Source: Clostridia bacterium
GTDB lineage: Bacteria; Bacillota; Clostridia; Oscillospirales; CAG-272
Assembly: GCA_017411785.1 (NCBI GenBank)
Contig: JAFQPL010000018.1
Span: 1 to 37,287 of the forward strand
Reading direction: 5' to 3'
DNA length: 37,287 nt
Position 1 is the stretch's first letter. The number at the start of each line of letters is the position of its first letter. The notes under the pieces were generated by a model. The model saw only the letters and a program-made list of their open reading frames with translations, was not told the DNA's origin and did no database searches. Position numbers and translations under genes: made by a program. Shown one piece after another: positions 8,622-18,166 of this stretch.

Positions 8622-10526
8622 ATGCTGATAAGAAATTCCTTCTGGGCGGATAGCCTTCCGTCAATAAAAAAAGAAATAGACGGAGTGGACGTGTCCGCAA
8701 GGGGATGCTTTGCCTTTGGAGATTGTCCCGTATTTACCGTCGAAGCACCAAGAAAACTTGGTGCTTCGGCTGTTGTTATGAGGATATGCCGTGATGGGCA
8801 GGCAGATAAAGATTACCCCTTTGAATTTGTTTCTACAGATATGGTTAAGGATACATATACCTTAACCGTTAATACAGAGGAGCTTTGTGAAGGCGAGGAG
8901 GACGGATTATTCTTTTATGAGCTGTTGTTCTTGCGCGGAGCAGATACACTTTTTACTACGACAGAAAATAACGTAAGCTTTTCTTTGCAAAAATATCCGG
9001 AGCGCAGATTTTTGATGCTTGTTTACCGTAAGGGCTTTGCTACGCCTTCGTGGTTTGGCGGAAGAGTTATGTATCAGATATTCGTTGATCGCTTTTATAA
9101 GGGCGAGGGCTATGTTGGTAAGCGCGATGACGTTATAATCAACGATGATTGGGAAAACGGAATACCGCAGTACGTTGAACATCAGGGTGAGAGCGTTAAA
9201 AATAATATGTTTTTCGGTGGAAATCTTTGGGGTGTTGCGGAAAAGCTTGATTATCTGAAGAGTCTTGGAGTAGGAGTTATTTATTTAAATCCGATATTCA
9301 AGGCGTATTCTAACCATAAATATGACACGGGAAATTATTTCGAGATAGATTCAATGTTTGGCGGACGTGCCGCGTTTGAGAATCTTATTAAAAAAGCTAA
9401 TGAGCTTGATATAAAGATAATTCTTGACGGAGTATTTAATCATACCGGAGATAACAGTCTTTATTTTGACAGGTATGGCGAATACGGAGGAGTAGGAGCT
9501 TACGCCGATGAGAAATCCGAGTATCGTGGCTGGTACACCTTTAAAGGAAGCAGTGACAGATACGATTCTTGGTGGGGAATAAAGATATTACCCCGTCTTA
9601 ATCATGAAAATGAAAGCTGCCGCCGTTACTTCACAGGTAAGGATGGAGTTGGCGCGGAATATATAAAAATGGGAGCTGCGGGTTGGCGACTTGACGTTGC
9701 CGACGAGCTTTCGGACAGCTTTTTGGACGAATTTTGCGCAACGGTTAAGGAAGTGAGCAACGGTGAGGCTCTTATAATAGGTGAGGTTTGGGAAAACGCT
9801 ACCGAAAAAATAGCCTACGGGAAGCGCAGAAAATATTTACGCGGAGCGCAGCTTGACAGTGTTATGAATTATCCCTTGAGAAAGGGTATAATGCGTTTTG
9901 TGCTCGACAGAGATTCTGAATTTTTGAGTGACGTGCTGCAATCGATATATTCAACATATCCCAAAACGGTATGCGATTCGCTTATGAATATACTTGGAAC
10001 TCACGATACTGAAAGAGCTCTTACTGTTTTTGGCAAGGGTGATGATGAGACCTGTGATGACGACGGTTCTGTTCTCGCGGTAAAAAGACTTTCTGAAACC
10101 GACAGAAAATTGGCGTTGCGCCGAATGAAGCTTGCTGCCGTTATTCAGTATACTGTTTACGGTGTTCCTTCGCTCTATTACGGCGATGAGGCGGGACTTG
10201 AGGGATACCGTGATCCGTTCTGCCGTATGCCGTATCCTTGGGGACGGGAGGATAACGAGCTTTTAACGCTTTATCGCAGACTCGGTGAAATAAGAGCCCA
10301 GAACAGAGACTTATTCGCAAAGGGTGAATTTAAGGTCGTTGACGAAGCGGATGGCTTTATCGCTTATACACGTGAGCTTGACGGGGAGAGTATATATATA
10401 TTGGCAAACGCGACAAATTCCGAGATCGAGTATTCACCCCTTGGAAGATGGAAAGAGCTTGTTACGGATAAACGCTTTAACGGTGTAATTCCCGCGTGCG
10501 ATGCAGTAATTTTAAAGAGGATATAA
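8622..10526 (+). CDS. GH13 alpha-glucan hydrolase (neopullulanase/cyclomaltodextrinase-like)
   Basis: All four GH13 regions are intact: DGVFNHTG, GWRLDVADEL, IGEVWE and LGTHDTER. It also has MYQIFVDRF and an N-terminal beta domain. The gene directly follows glgP. Confidence 0.85.
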   Translation: MLIRNSFWADSLPSIKKEIDGVDVSARGCFAFGDCPVFTVEAPRKLGASAVVMRICRDGQADKDYPFEFVSTDMVKDTYTLTVNTEELCEGEEDGLFFYELLFLRGADTLFTTTENNVSFSLQKYPERRFLMLVYRKGFATPSWFGGRVMYQIFVDRFYKGEGYVGKRDDVIINDDWENGIPQYVEHQGESVKNNMFFGGNLWGVAEKLDYLKSLGVGVIYLNPIFKAYSNHKYDTGNYFEIDSMFGGRAAFENLIKKANELDIKIILDGVFNHTGDNSLYFDRYGEYGGVGAYADEKSEYRGWYTFKGSSDRYDSWWGIKILPRLNHENESCRRYFTGKDGVGAEYIKMGAAGWRLDVADELSDSFLDEFCATVKEVSNGEALIIGEVWENATEKIAYGKRRKYLRGAQLDSVMNYPLRKGIMRFVLDRDSEFLSDVLQSIYSTYPKTVCDSLMNILGTHDTERALTVFGKGDDETCDDDGSVLAVKRLSETDRKLALRRMKLAAVIQYTVYGVPSLYYGDEAGLEGYRDPFCRMPYPWGREDNELLTLYRRLGEIRAQNRDLFAKGEFKVVDEADGFIAYTRELDGESIYILANATNSEIEYSPLGRWKELVTDKRFNGVIPACDAVILKRI

Positions 10527-10529
10527 TTT

Positions 10530-10871
10530 ATGGGAATTTCCAAGTTCTTTAAAAGGCTGACGAAAAGTAAGAATCCGAACAGTAAGCGTAGCCGATGGGA
10601 TATGGCTCAGATGGTCGCGGGTAAGCATATAAAGTACGTAACCGAAAAGCAAGACGATGTTGATGTTGTTATTGGCAGAGAGGGCGGATTTAATATCCGC
10701 GAGGGCGATTTGATAGTTTATGCTTCCTCAAAGGTGCTTTTTCGCGCCGAGATAGATAACCTGCAGATATGGGAGCTTCTCTCAAAGGACGGAGTTGTTT
10801 TGACGGGCTACGATAAAGAATCGGGACGTGACAGAACCATTATAGCGCATTATGTTTATTACAGAAAATAA
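10530..10871 (+). CDS. Hypothetical small protein (basic N-terminus, beta-rich body)
   Basis: 113-aa ORF starting 3 nt after the GH13 stop on the same strand. I recognise no family motif; a PH-like beta-sandwich is only a guess. Confidence 0.45.
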   Translation: MGISKFFKRLTKSKNPNSKRSRWDMAQMVAGKHIKYVTEKQDDVDVVIGREGGFNIREGDLIVYASSKVLFRAEIDNLQIWELLSKDGVVLTGYDKESGRDRTIIAHYVYYRK

Positions 10872-10892
10872 AATCGGTGAAAGGAGAAAACA

Positions 10893-11924
10893 ATGGATAA
10901 TAAAAAATATTATTCGGAGACTTGCTCGAAGATAGGGCTTGCTTTGTTGCTTTTTTACGGTTTTTTTACGATCAGCGCATTTGGCGTTGCGCTTTTTGAT
11001 GCCGTTTTAAAGAATCTTTTCACTTTGAATTTTACGGCGGAGGTCATTTATGAGGCTTTGTCCGCAGTCGCGTATTTTATTTCTTTTTCGGGAGCGGCAT
11101 TCATATTGCGCAGGATGTGCAGATCGTTTCCCACTGCGACGCCTATATATACTTCATTCAAGCCTCAAAAATGGATTTTTGCCGCTATGATATCGGCGAT
11201 AGCTATAAATTTTTCGCTTTCCTATTTGAATACAAAAATATTTACGCTTGTCTCACCTGTGTTTGAACAAACAATGGTATCATCCTCATCGAATTTGGAG
11301 GGGAGACCGATAAGCGAGGTTGCGATTCTTTTTGTGTTGGCTATTTTTTCAACTGCTATAGTTCCGGCGATATGCGAGGAATATCTTTTCAGAGGCGCTG
11401 TTCTTGGATTGCTTCTTCCGTTTGGAAGAACAACCGCGATAATCGGAAGCTCTATATTGTTTGGCTTTATGCATCAGAATCCCTTGCAGCTTTTTTATAC
11501 GGTTTTTATGGGCGTTATTTTAGGATATATTTATGTAAAAACCAAATCAATCTGGGCGTGTATGCTTTTGCATTTCTTTAATAATTTAATCACGGTGTTG
11601 GAGGAGTTTTTGCCCATACTTACAGGAGCTGAATGGATAGCAACACTTATAGATTTTATCGTTTTGTCGGTTGGGGCAATATGTCTTGCAGCTTTGATAT
11701 TTAAAAAGGATAGGCAGCCTCAGCCTGATACAGACGGAAGCTTTGGCAGGCTTTATGATGTGGGAATTGACGTTGAAGAATTTAAGCTTGATATGACTGT
11801 AAAAGAAAAGATTAAAAAATTTTTTGCGCCAACTGTTATCATATACTTGGTGATATGTGCGTTTTCAATTGTTGGAACACTTATGTTATTTATGGGCGTT
11901 GAACTCCCGTTTAATATTATATGA
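10893..11924 (+). CDS. CPBP (CAAX/Abi-type) intramembrane metalloprotease family protein
   Basis: Multi-TM protein with the three CPBP motifs EEYLFRG, FGFMH and HFFNN. AAAGGAG SD. The stop overlaps the tadA start (ATGA). Confidence 0.8.
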   Translation: MDNKKYYSETCSKIGLALLLFYGFFTISAFGVALFDAVLKNLFTLNFTAEVIYEALSAVAYFISFSGAAFILRRMCRSFPTATPIYTSFKPQKWIFAAMISAIAINFSLSYLNTKIFTLVSPVFEQTMVSSSSNLEGRPISEVAILFVLAIFSTAIVPAICEEYLFRGAVLGLLLPFGRTTAIIGSSILFGFMHQNPLQLFYTVFMGVILGYIYVKTKSIWACMLLHFFNNLITVLEEFLPILTGAEWIATLIDFIVLSVGAICLAALIFKKDRQPQPDTDGSFGRLYDVGIDVEEFKLDMTVKEKIKKFFAPTVIIYLVICAFSIVGTLMLFMGVELPFNII

Positions 11925-12382
11925 GTATGGAAAACGATATAAAATTTATGCGCGAGGCGCTTGCTCTTGCCAAAAAAGCTGCTGAGCTTGGAGAGGTTCC
12001 CGTTGGTGCTGTTGTAGTAAACAGTGAGGGAATCGTAATTGCTGATGCTTATAATTTGCGGGAAAACAAAAAAAGCGTAATCGCTCACGCGGAGATAATT
12101 GCGATAGAGCAGGCATGTCGTAAGCTTGGAGATTGGAGATTGAGCGGATGTACGTTGTACGTAACGCTTGAGCCTTGTCCGATGTGCGCAGGAGCGATAG
12201 TTAATTCCAGAATATCCCGAGTAGTATTTGGCGCGTACGATATGCAAGCGGGCTGTTGCGGAAGTGTGATAAATTTTAATGCGTATCCTTTTAACCACGC
12301 TTTTGAGATAGAGGGCGGGGTTCTTGAGGAGGAATGCAGCGCTATTCTTGCCGATTTTTTTAAGAACAAAAGAAAGAACTGA
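11921..12382 (+). CDS. tadA: tRNA-specific adenosine deaminase
   Basis: Zinc-deaminase motifs HAEIIAIE and PCPMCAGA, length 153 aa, with a VPVGAVVV N-terminal segment. Confidence 0.9.
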   Translation: MSMENDIKFMREALALAKKAAELGEVPVGAVVVNSEGIVIADAYNLRENKKSVIAHAEIIAIEQACRKLGDWRLSGCTLYVTLEPCPMCAGAIVNSRISRVVFGAYDMQAGCCGSVINFNAYPFNHAFEIEGGVLEEECSAILADFFKNKRKN

Positions 12383-12412
12383 GCTATTTAGCGCAGAATA
12401 AACACATAAAAT

Positions 12413-12460
12413 AAAAAATTAGCTTTAATTATGTTTTTCATAATTAAAGCTAATTTTTTT
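12413..12460. terminator. Bidirectional rho-independent terminator (tadA / DUF815 gene convergence)
   Basis: Perfect 15-bp stem, TTAGCTTTAATTATG (12419-12433) with CATAATTAAAGCTAA (12439-12453), and a 5-nt loop. It is flanked by an A-run (12413-12418) and a T-run (12454-12460). Confidence 0.8.
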
Positions 12461-12490
12461 GCAGGAGTTTTTGAGATAACTCTGCCAGTG

Positions 12491-13804
12491 TTATTTTTTT
12501 ATACCGCAAAGGTGATTTACAAATTGTTGAGCGGTTCTTCCTGAAATACCGCCGTTGCGCATTTCCCATTTTTGTGCCTCGGCAATAATTTGCTCTTCGG
12601 GCATATCTATTTCGGGGTAGCGTTTTGCAAGCTCAAGTACGATGTTGTTGAATTCTGTCCGCGAGGGCTTGAAATATCCTATAGAAAGTCCAAATCTGTT
12701 TACAAGTGAAAGCTTTTCCTCTATGGTTTCCGAACGGTGAATATCGCCAACCTGCGTTGCGTCGGTACGGTCGTTCCAGGTTTCCTTTATAAGATGCCGT
12801 CTGTTCGAGGTTGCGTAGATAAGAATATTGTCGGGCTTTACCTCAACACCGCCCTCGATAAGAGCCTTGAGGTATTTGTATTCTATCTCATGCTCCTCAA
12901 AGGAAAGGTCATCCATATAAATAATGAAGCGGTAGTTCCTGTTTTTGATTTCGGATATTATTTTGGAAAGGCAAACGAACTGATGCTTATATATTTCGAT
13001 CATTCGAAGACCCTTGTCATAATATTGATTTACGATAGCCTTGATGCTTGTTGATTTACCCGTTCCGCTGTCTCCGTAAAGAAGCACGTTATTTGCGCCC
13101 CTGCCTTCAACAAAAGCTTCTGTGTTTTCAACGAGAAGATTCTTTTGAAGCTCATAGCCTATAAGGCTTGAAAGATGAACCGGAGCCATATTGGTGATCG
13201 GCAGAAACTTAACGCTCGAGCCAAGCTCGTCGCATTCTACTCTGAACGCCTTGTTAAGACCGAACATTCCGACTCCGTAGGCTTGATAAAATCTGCAAAC
13301 CGCATCAAAGATAGCTTCACCGCTTGGAGCGCTTTCGATTTCTGCACTCAGAGCGCGAACCTTATCGCTTACGTTCTTGTTGAATATCTGCTCGCGCTTT
13401 TCAATAGCCTTATAGCTCGAAAGTGTAGTAAAGCAGTTAATGTCAAGAGCCGATTCAATTTCGGAAAAATCAAAATCAAAAAGGCGCTTGAATACGCAAA
13501 AATCGTTAATAGCAAAGGAGTTTACCGTTCCGTCCTGTTTTCCTGCTTTTTCGTATGTAAGGGAGAGGGGATTTTCATCGGTTATTATTAAAAAGGTAAG
13601 ATAATTATGCCAGAGGTTGTTATCAAATCCGTATTTTGTGGCTATTTCAAGCAGGCGGCGAACCTCGGCGTAAATTCGAGCACGCAGAGAGTCGGCAGAG
13701 TCGTTCTGCTCGTGAAAATCCTTGAATATTTTTCCGAGCCGCGCAAGAATATTTTCCTCTCCGCCATTGTTGAATATTATAAGCTTTGATAATTCACGGT
13801 ACAT
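12491..13804 (-). CDS. DUF815-family AAA-type ATP-binding protein
   Basis: Walker A GDSGTGKST and Walker B-like FIIYMDDLSFEE. The stretch YKYLKALIEGG....PDNILIYATSNRRHL is characteristic of DUF815. AAAAGGAG SD. Confidence 0.8.
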   Translation of the reverse strand: MYRELSKLIIFNNGGEENILARLGKIFKDFHEQNDSADSLRARIYAEVRRLLEIATKYGFDNNLWHNYLTFLIITDENPLSLTYEKAGKQDGTVNSFAINDFCVFKRLFDFDFSEIESALDINCFTTLSSYKAIEKREQIFNKNVSDKVRALSAEIESAPSGEAIFDAVCRFYQAYGVGMFGLNKAFRVECDELGSSVKFLPITNMAPVHLSSLIGYELQKNLLVENTEAFVEGRGANNVLLYGDSGTGKSTSIKAIVNQYYDKGLRMIEIYKHQFVCLSKIISEIKNRNYRFIIYMDDLSFEEHEIEYKYLKALIEGGVEVKPDNILIYATSNRRHLIKETWNDRTDATQVGDIHRSETIEEKLSLVNRFGLSIGYFKPSRTEFNNIVLELAKRYPEIDMPEEQIIAEAQKWEMRNGGISGRTAQQFVNHLCGIKK

Positions 13805-13836
13805 AAATTAAGCTCCTTTTTGATAAGTGTAGCTTT

Positions 13837-13865
13837 ATTATATCACTAATTTCGAGCTTTTTCAA
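13837..13865 (-). promoter_or_regulatory. SigmaA-type promoter for the DUF815 gene
   Basis: Minus strand reads TTGAAA (13865-13860), a 17-nt spacer, then TATAAT (13842-13837), with a TGa extended -10 (TAGTGATATAAT). Confidence 0.5.
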
Positions 13866-13875
13866 TAACGGCAGC

Positions 13876-13904
13876 AAAAAATCCACTCAAAAGAGTGGAT
13901 TTTT
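13876..13904 (-). terminator. Rho-independent terminator of the pot operon
   Basis: 8-bp stem ATCCACTC/GAGTGGAT (13881-13888 / 13893-13900) with a 4-nt loop. A U-run follows on the minus-strand transcript, 10 nt after the potC::potD stop. Confidence 0.65.
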
Positions 13905-13913
13905 GCATTGCTT

Positions 13914-15950
13914 TTATTCGGTTGCAAATTTGATCCAAAGAGCATTAAGGTATTCCTTCATTTCGGGAGGAAGATCCTTATAGCAGTTTGCATCGTATTT
14001 TTCGTGAAAATCAAAGTCCTCGGGGTAGAGTATGGAGATTGCATCCTCACCCATATCCTCTTGGTATATTTCGCTGTTATATACGTTTGCATGAGGGGAA
14101 GCGTAGCAGATATACTCCGCGTTTGCAATGGCGGTGTCATCGCTTAGCATAAAGTTTATGTATTCTTCAGCAAGTGTTTTATTTTGCGCGCATGTCGGAA
14201 TACACATAGCATCAACGAAGAGGTTGGTGTTTTCTGGATAGTAGAACTGAAGATCAACGTTATCCGCTTGATTGTCAAGCATCGTCAGATAGTCACCCGC
14301 ATAGTAAGAGCCTATCATGGCTTCACCTGTTTCCATCATGTTGTATATCTCGTCCATAACGAGCTTTTTAAGAAGAGGCTTTTGCTGCTGAAGCTCTGCG
14401 AGAGCTTTGTCCCAAACAGATTTATCTGTTGTATTTACGTCCCAACTGTTTTTGTAGAACGCAGTACCGAACGCATCGCGTGAATTGTTGTACTGAACTA
14501 TCTGACCGGAGTATTTTTCATTCCACATAAGGTCCCAACTGCCCGTGTCATCCTCGCTAACACGCGAAGCGTCGTAGATAACACCGATCATACCGTAGGT
14601 GTAGGGAACTGAGTACTTGTTTTCGGGGTCATAATAGAGTCCGCGGAAATCGTCGGTTATTGACTTTTCATAGTTGGGTATGTTGTTAAAGTCAAGCTCC
14701 TGCAGATACCCCTCGCTTGCAAGTCTTGCTATCATATAGTCAGAGGGAATAATAACGTCATAGCTTACAGCGTTTGAGGAGAGCTTTGCGTAAAGGTCCT
14801 CATTTGACGAGAAGGTGTTGTAGTTTACTTTAACGTTCATTCCAAGCTCATCGCGGCAGTATTTTTCAAATTCCGCATTTGTATCGTAACTGCCCTCAGC
14901 ACCGTCCGAAATGTATTCTCCCCAGTTGTAAACATTAAGTGTTATCGTCCTTTTTGAGAAAACACTGAATACGAGACAGGTGGAAATAATTATAGCAAGA
15001 ATGCATACGACCGCAATAATTTTTGTTAGATTCATAGATCTGCCGTGTGAAACCTCAATAGAGCTTTCGGAGACACGTTTTACACGCATAGGCTTGCCTG
15101 TCTTTTGCGATTTTGCAATTGCCGATCTAAGCCGCTTCTCCTCACGGAGCCGTTTTGCTTCAAGTCGCTCCTCGCTCGTTCTTTCACGGTTAGTGATAAG
15201 AAGAAGCACAAGAATAACGATGAATATTATTGTTGAAAGAGCGTAAATTGTCGGCTTGACGTCCTTTTTAGTCATACTGTATATAAGAATGGGCAGCGTT
15301 TGGAAGTCTACTCCGCTTGTGAAATAGCTTATTACAAAGTCATCAAGCGACATAGTAAACGCCATTATCATACCGGTAAATACACCGGGGAGTATTGCGG
15401 GGAGCTGAACCTTAAAGAAGGATTGTAACGGTGTACATCCAAGGTCAAGGGCCGCTTCGGGCAATGACTTATCCATCTGTCTGAATTTGGGTAATACATT
15501 CAGTATAACGTAGGGGAGCGAGAATGTTATATGGGCGATAAGCATCGTCCAGAAGCTGAGCTTTGTTTGCAGCCCAAGAAGTGTTCCTACGAAAACGAAA
15601 AGGAACATAAGAGAAATACCCGTTATGATATCGGGATTCATCATGGGGATATTGGTTGCCGTCATAACAGAGCGGCGCAGCCATTTTTTCTTCATGTGAT
15701 GAATTCCGAATGCCGCCGCCGTTCCGATCACCGTTGAAATAGCCGCTGACGAGATCGCAAGAATAAGCGAATTTTTAAGGGCATTAAGCATTGCTGCGTT
15801 TTTAAACAGCTCCGCATACCAATGCAGTGAAAAGCCTTTGAAAACAGACGTGCTTGAGCCTGAGTTAAAGGAGAATACTATAAGCACCGCAATTGGAGCG
15901 AAAAGAAATATAAGGATCAACGCAATATAAACTTTTGAGAGCTTTTTCAT
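13914..15950 (-). CDS. Fused polyamine ABC transporter permease (PotC-like) and substrate-binding protein (PotD-like)
   Basis: Residues 1-254 form a 6-TM MetI-type permease with the EAA loop (EAALDLGCTPLQSFFKV.LP). Residues 255-308 are a charged linker and residues 309-331 an extra TM anchor. Residues 332-678 resemble a PotD-type solute-binding domain (NVYNWGEYI, YDVIIPSDYM, VPYTYG). The reading frame is continuous. Confidence 0.85.
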   Translation of the reverse strand: MKKLSKVYIALILIFLFAPIAVLIVFSFNSGSSTSVFKGFSLHWYAELFKNAAMLNALKNSLILAISSAAISTVIGTAAAFGIHHMKKKWLRRSVMTATNIPMMNPDIITGISLMFLFVFVGTLLGLQTKLSFWTMLIAHITFSLPYVILNVLPKFRQMDKSLPEAALDLGCTPLQSFFKVQLPAILPGVFTGMIMAFTMSLDDFVISYFTSGVDFQTLPILIYSMTKKDVKPTIYALSTIIFIVILVLLLITNRERTSEERLEAKRLREEKRLRSAIAKSQKTGKPMRVKRVSESSIEVSHGRSMNLTKIIAVVCILAIIISTCLVFSVFSKRTITLNVYNWGEYISDGAEGSYDTNAEFEKYCRDELGMNVKVNYNTFSSNEDLYAKLSSNAVSYDVIIPSDYMIARLASEGYLQELDFNNIPNYEKSITDDFRGLYYDPENKYSVPYTYGMIGVIYDASRVSEDDTGSWDLMWNEKYSGQIVQYNNSRDAFGTAFYKNSWDVNTTDKSVWDKALAELQQQKPLLKKLVMDEIYNMMETGEAMIGSYYAGDYLTMLDNQADNVDLQFYYPENTNLFVDAMCIPTCAQNKTLAEEYINFMLSDDTAIANAEYICYASPHANVYNSEIYQEDMGEDAISILYPEDFDFHEKYDANCYKDLPPEMKEYLNALWIKFATE

Positions 15951-16807
15951 ATCAACATACCTCCGCTATCGTCGTCGGTATATTTATTTACTACCGCAAG
16001 GCCTATCAAAAGAATAACCATAAGCACAAAGGAAAGTGCTGCGGCAAGGTGATAGTTTGATGCGTTATAGCTTTGCTCGATAACGTCACCGATAAGGAGA
16101 GTGCTTGGTCCGCCGAGCTTTTGAGAAATATAGAAGGTGCTTATTGAAGGCACGAATACCATAGTTATTCCTGAAATAACGCCCGAGCGTGAAAGCGGGA
16201 ATATTACCTTGGTCATCACCTTGAAGCTGTTGCATCCAAGGTCTCCCGCGGCTTCTACCAGACGGTAATCAAGCTTTGCCATAACCGAATATATGGGCAG
16301 AATCATGTAGGGAAGATAGTCGTAAACCATACCGAGAACGACCGCTCCTTCCTTTCCGTAAATATGCATCTGCGGTATTCCGATTTTGCCGAGAAAGGAA
16401 TTTATTATTCCTGTATCCTTGATAAGCTCCGATATGGAGTAGGTTCTTATGATAAAGTTCATCCACATAGGGAGCATTATCAGGAGTATAAGCAAGCGTT
16501 GTGTTTTTGGCTTGGTCCTTGATATAAAATAGGCAATAGGATAGCCAAGAAGCAGGCATATTACGGTTGAAATAAGCGCAAGACCTACGGAACGCGAAAA
16601 AATTTTAAGATAGGTAGGCGTAAAAAAGGTTTTTAAATTTTCTATTGAGAAAACTACCGAACCGTCAACCGTATCCGTAAAGGCGTAATACGCAACGAAT
16701 ATAAGAGGGGCAATTATAAAGAGAATCGCCCAAGCTATATGAGGCGCGGCGGCGTAACGCTGAAGCAAAGAACGGCGCACCTTGCTTTTTTTAGGCACAG
16801 ACGTCAT
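15947..16807 (-). CDS. potB: Polyamine ABC transporter permease
   Basis: MetI-type permease with the EAA loop (EAAGDLGCNSFKV). ATGA overlap with the downstream permease fusion and TAATG overlap with potA. Confidence 0.85.
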   Translation of the reverse strand: MTSVPKKSKVRRSLLQRYAAAPHIAWAILFIIAPLIFVAYYAFTDTVDGSVVFSIENLKTFFTPTYLKIFSRSVGLALISTVICLLLGYPIAYFISRTKPKTQRLLILLIMLPMWMNFIIRTYSISELIKDTGIINSFLGKIGIPQMHIYGKEGAVVLGMVYDYLPYMILPIYSVMAKLDYRLVEAAGDLGCNSFKVMTKVIFPLSRSGVISGITMVFVPSISTFYISQKLGGPSTLLIGDVIEQSYNASNYHLAAALSFVLMVILLIGLAVVNKYTDDDSGGMLI

Positions 16808-17925
16808 TATACTTCCTCCTCAACGATATCCGAAAGATGCTCCATCTCGTCGGAAAAGGTAGAGTAGTCTCCAAACATATTGGAGTATTCCGATTTTTTC
16901 ATAGTATGAATTGCGTCAGGCTCTATGTAAAGGCCTATGACCTCATCAACGCCAACATAGTCAGAGGTTTCAAGCATCCATTTAAAGCCCTTTACGTCAA
17001 CGATTATTTCGTAATAATCGCCCTTAAAGGTAACGTTGCTTACAGTTCCGACAAGCATACCCTTGTCAACCGAAACGACGTCAACGTCCTCGGGACGAAC
17101 GACAACGTCAACAGGCTCATTTTTGTTAAAGCCAAAATCAAGGCATTTAAATTCCTGTCCTGCAAATTTTACTGAGTAATCATCAAGCATAACGCCGTCA
17201 AGAATGTTTGATTCGCCTATAAAATCGGCAACGAAAGCGTTTTTAGGCTCGTTATATATATCGGTGGGAGTGCCTATCTGTTGGATCTTACCGTTAGCCA
17301 TAACGACTATCGTGTCGGACATTGAAAGCGCTTCCTCCTGATCGTGAGTAACGTAGACAAAGGTTATTCCTGTTGCTTTTTGAATCTTTTTAAGCTCGAT
17401 TTGCATATCCTTACGAAGCTTTAGATCGAGCGCACCGAGAGGCTCGTCCAAAAGGAGAACCTTAGGCTTGTTTATAAGTGCGCGAGCAATGGCAACTCTC
17501 TGCTGCTGTCCACCCGAAAGAAGCGAAACATTTCGCTTTTCAAATCCGCGCAGATTTACGAGCGAGAGCATTTCAGATACGCGCTCCTTTATTTCGGCAT
17601 CCTTGACCTTTGCAACTCTTAATCCGAACGCGATATTGTCGTACACATTAAGATGAGGAAAGAGTGCGTATTTCTGGAATACCGTATTAACGCTTCTCTT
17701 ATATGGCGGGATATCGTTGATGCGCTCACCGTCAAAGATAACGTCACCCTCGTCGGCAGATTCAAATCCGCCTATAATTCGCAGGGTAGTAGTTTTTCCG
17801 CAGCCCGAGGGCCCCAGCAGAGTAATAAATTCTTTGTCGTTAATGTAAAGGCTTACATTAGAAAGAACTATCTCACCGTCAAACGACTTCGAGACATTTT
17901 TTAATTCTACCAGCTTGTTGTTCAT
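16807..17925 (-). CDS. potA: Polyamine-importing ABC transporter ATP-binding protein
   Basis: Motifs [35 protein letters not shown] and THDQ, plus a C-terminal TOBE-like domain. The track start (17946) is a TTG lying inside the SD GAAGGAG; the first in-frame ATG at 17925 gives [13 protein letters not shown]. Confidence 0.9.
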   Translation of the reverse strand: MNNKLVELKNVSKSFDGEIVLSNVSLYINDKEFITLLGPSGCGKTTTLRIIGGFESADEGDVIFDGERINDIPPYKRSVNTVFQKYALFPHLNVYDNIAFGLRVAKVKDAEIKERVSEMLSLVNLRGFEKRNVSLLSGGQQQRVAIARALINKPKVLLLDEPLGALDLKLRKDMQIELKKIQKATGITFVYVTHDQEEALSMSDTIVVMANGKIQQIGTPTDIYNEPKNAFVADFIGESNILDGVMLDDYSVKFAGQEFKCLDFGFNKNEPVDVVVRPEDVDVVSVDKGMLVGTVSNVTFKGDYYEIIVDVKGFKWMLETSDYVGVDEVIGLYIEPDAIHTMKKSEYSNMFGDYSTFSDEMEHLSDIVEEEV

Positions 17926-18014
17926 TCCACATAAAAACTCCTTCAAAAAAAAGTAATGAACCCGACTTAAAAATGAGTGAAAGCCCCTCTTGTTTTAAAA
18001 GTTCAGTAAGCAAT

Positions 18015-18043
18015 ATTGTAGCAGATATTTAATAAAAATGCAA
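18015..18043 (-). promoter_or_regulatory. Candidate sigmaA promoter of the pot operon
   Basis: Minus strand reads TTGCAT (18043-18038), a 17-nt spacer, then TACAAT (18020-18015), inside a 220-nt AT-rich intergenic region. Confidence 0.4.
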
Positions 18044-18166
18044 TATATTTTAATAAAAAAATTCAAAAAAAACGACATTATTTTCAATATAATTTGAATA
18101 TTCCTCAAAAAAACCTGAAAAAGGTGTCTTTTCTCTTAAAATCTCCTTGTTTTTAACTTAATCGCA

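Noticed and set aside
11753-12298. 181-aa minus-strand ORF opposite the CPBP 3' end and tadA
   Set aside because: It overlaps tadA, whose deaminase motifs are unambiguous. Its composition is atypical and it has no translation signals.
15027-15188. The PotC::PotD junction as a sequencing artefact or two genes with an internal start
   Set aside because: This is not rejected outright and is kept as a finding. I saw no stop codon in frame and no credible SD ahead of the internal Met codons, so I did not split the ORF into two features.
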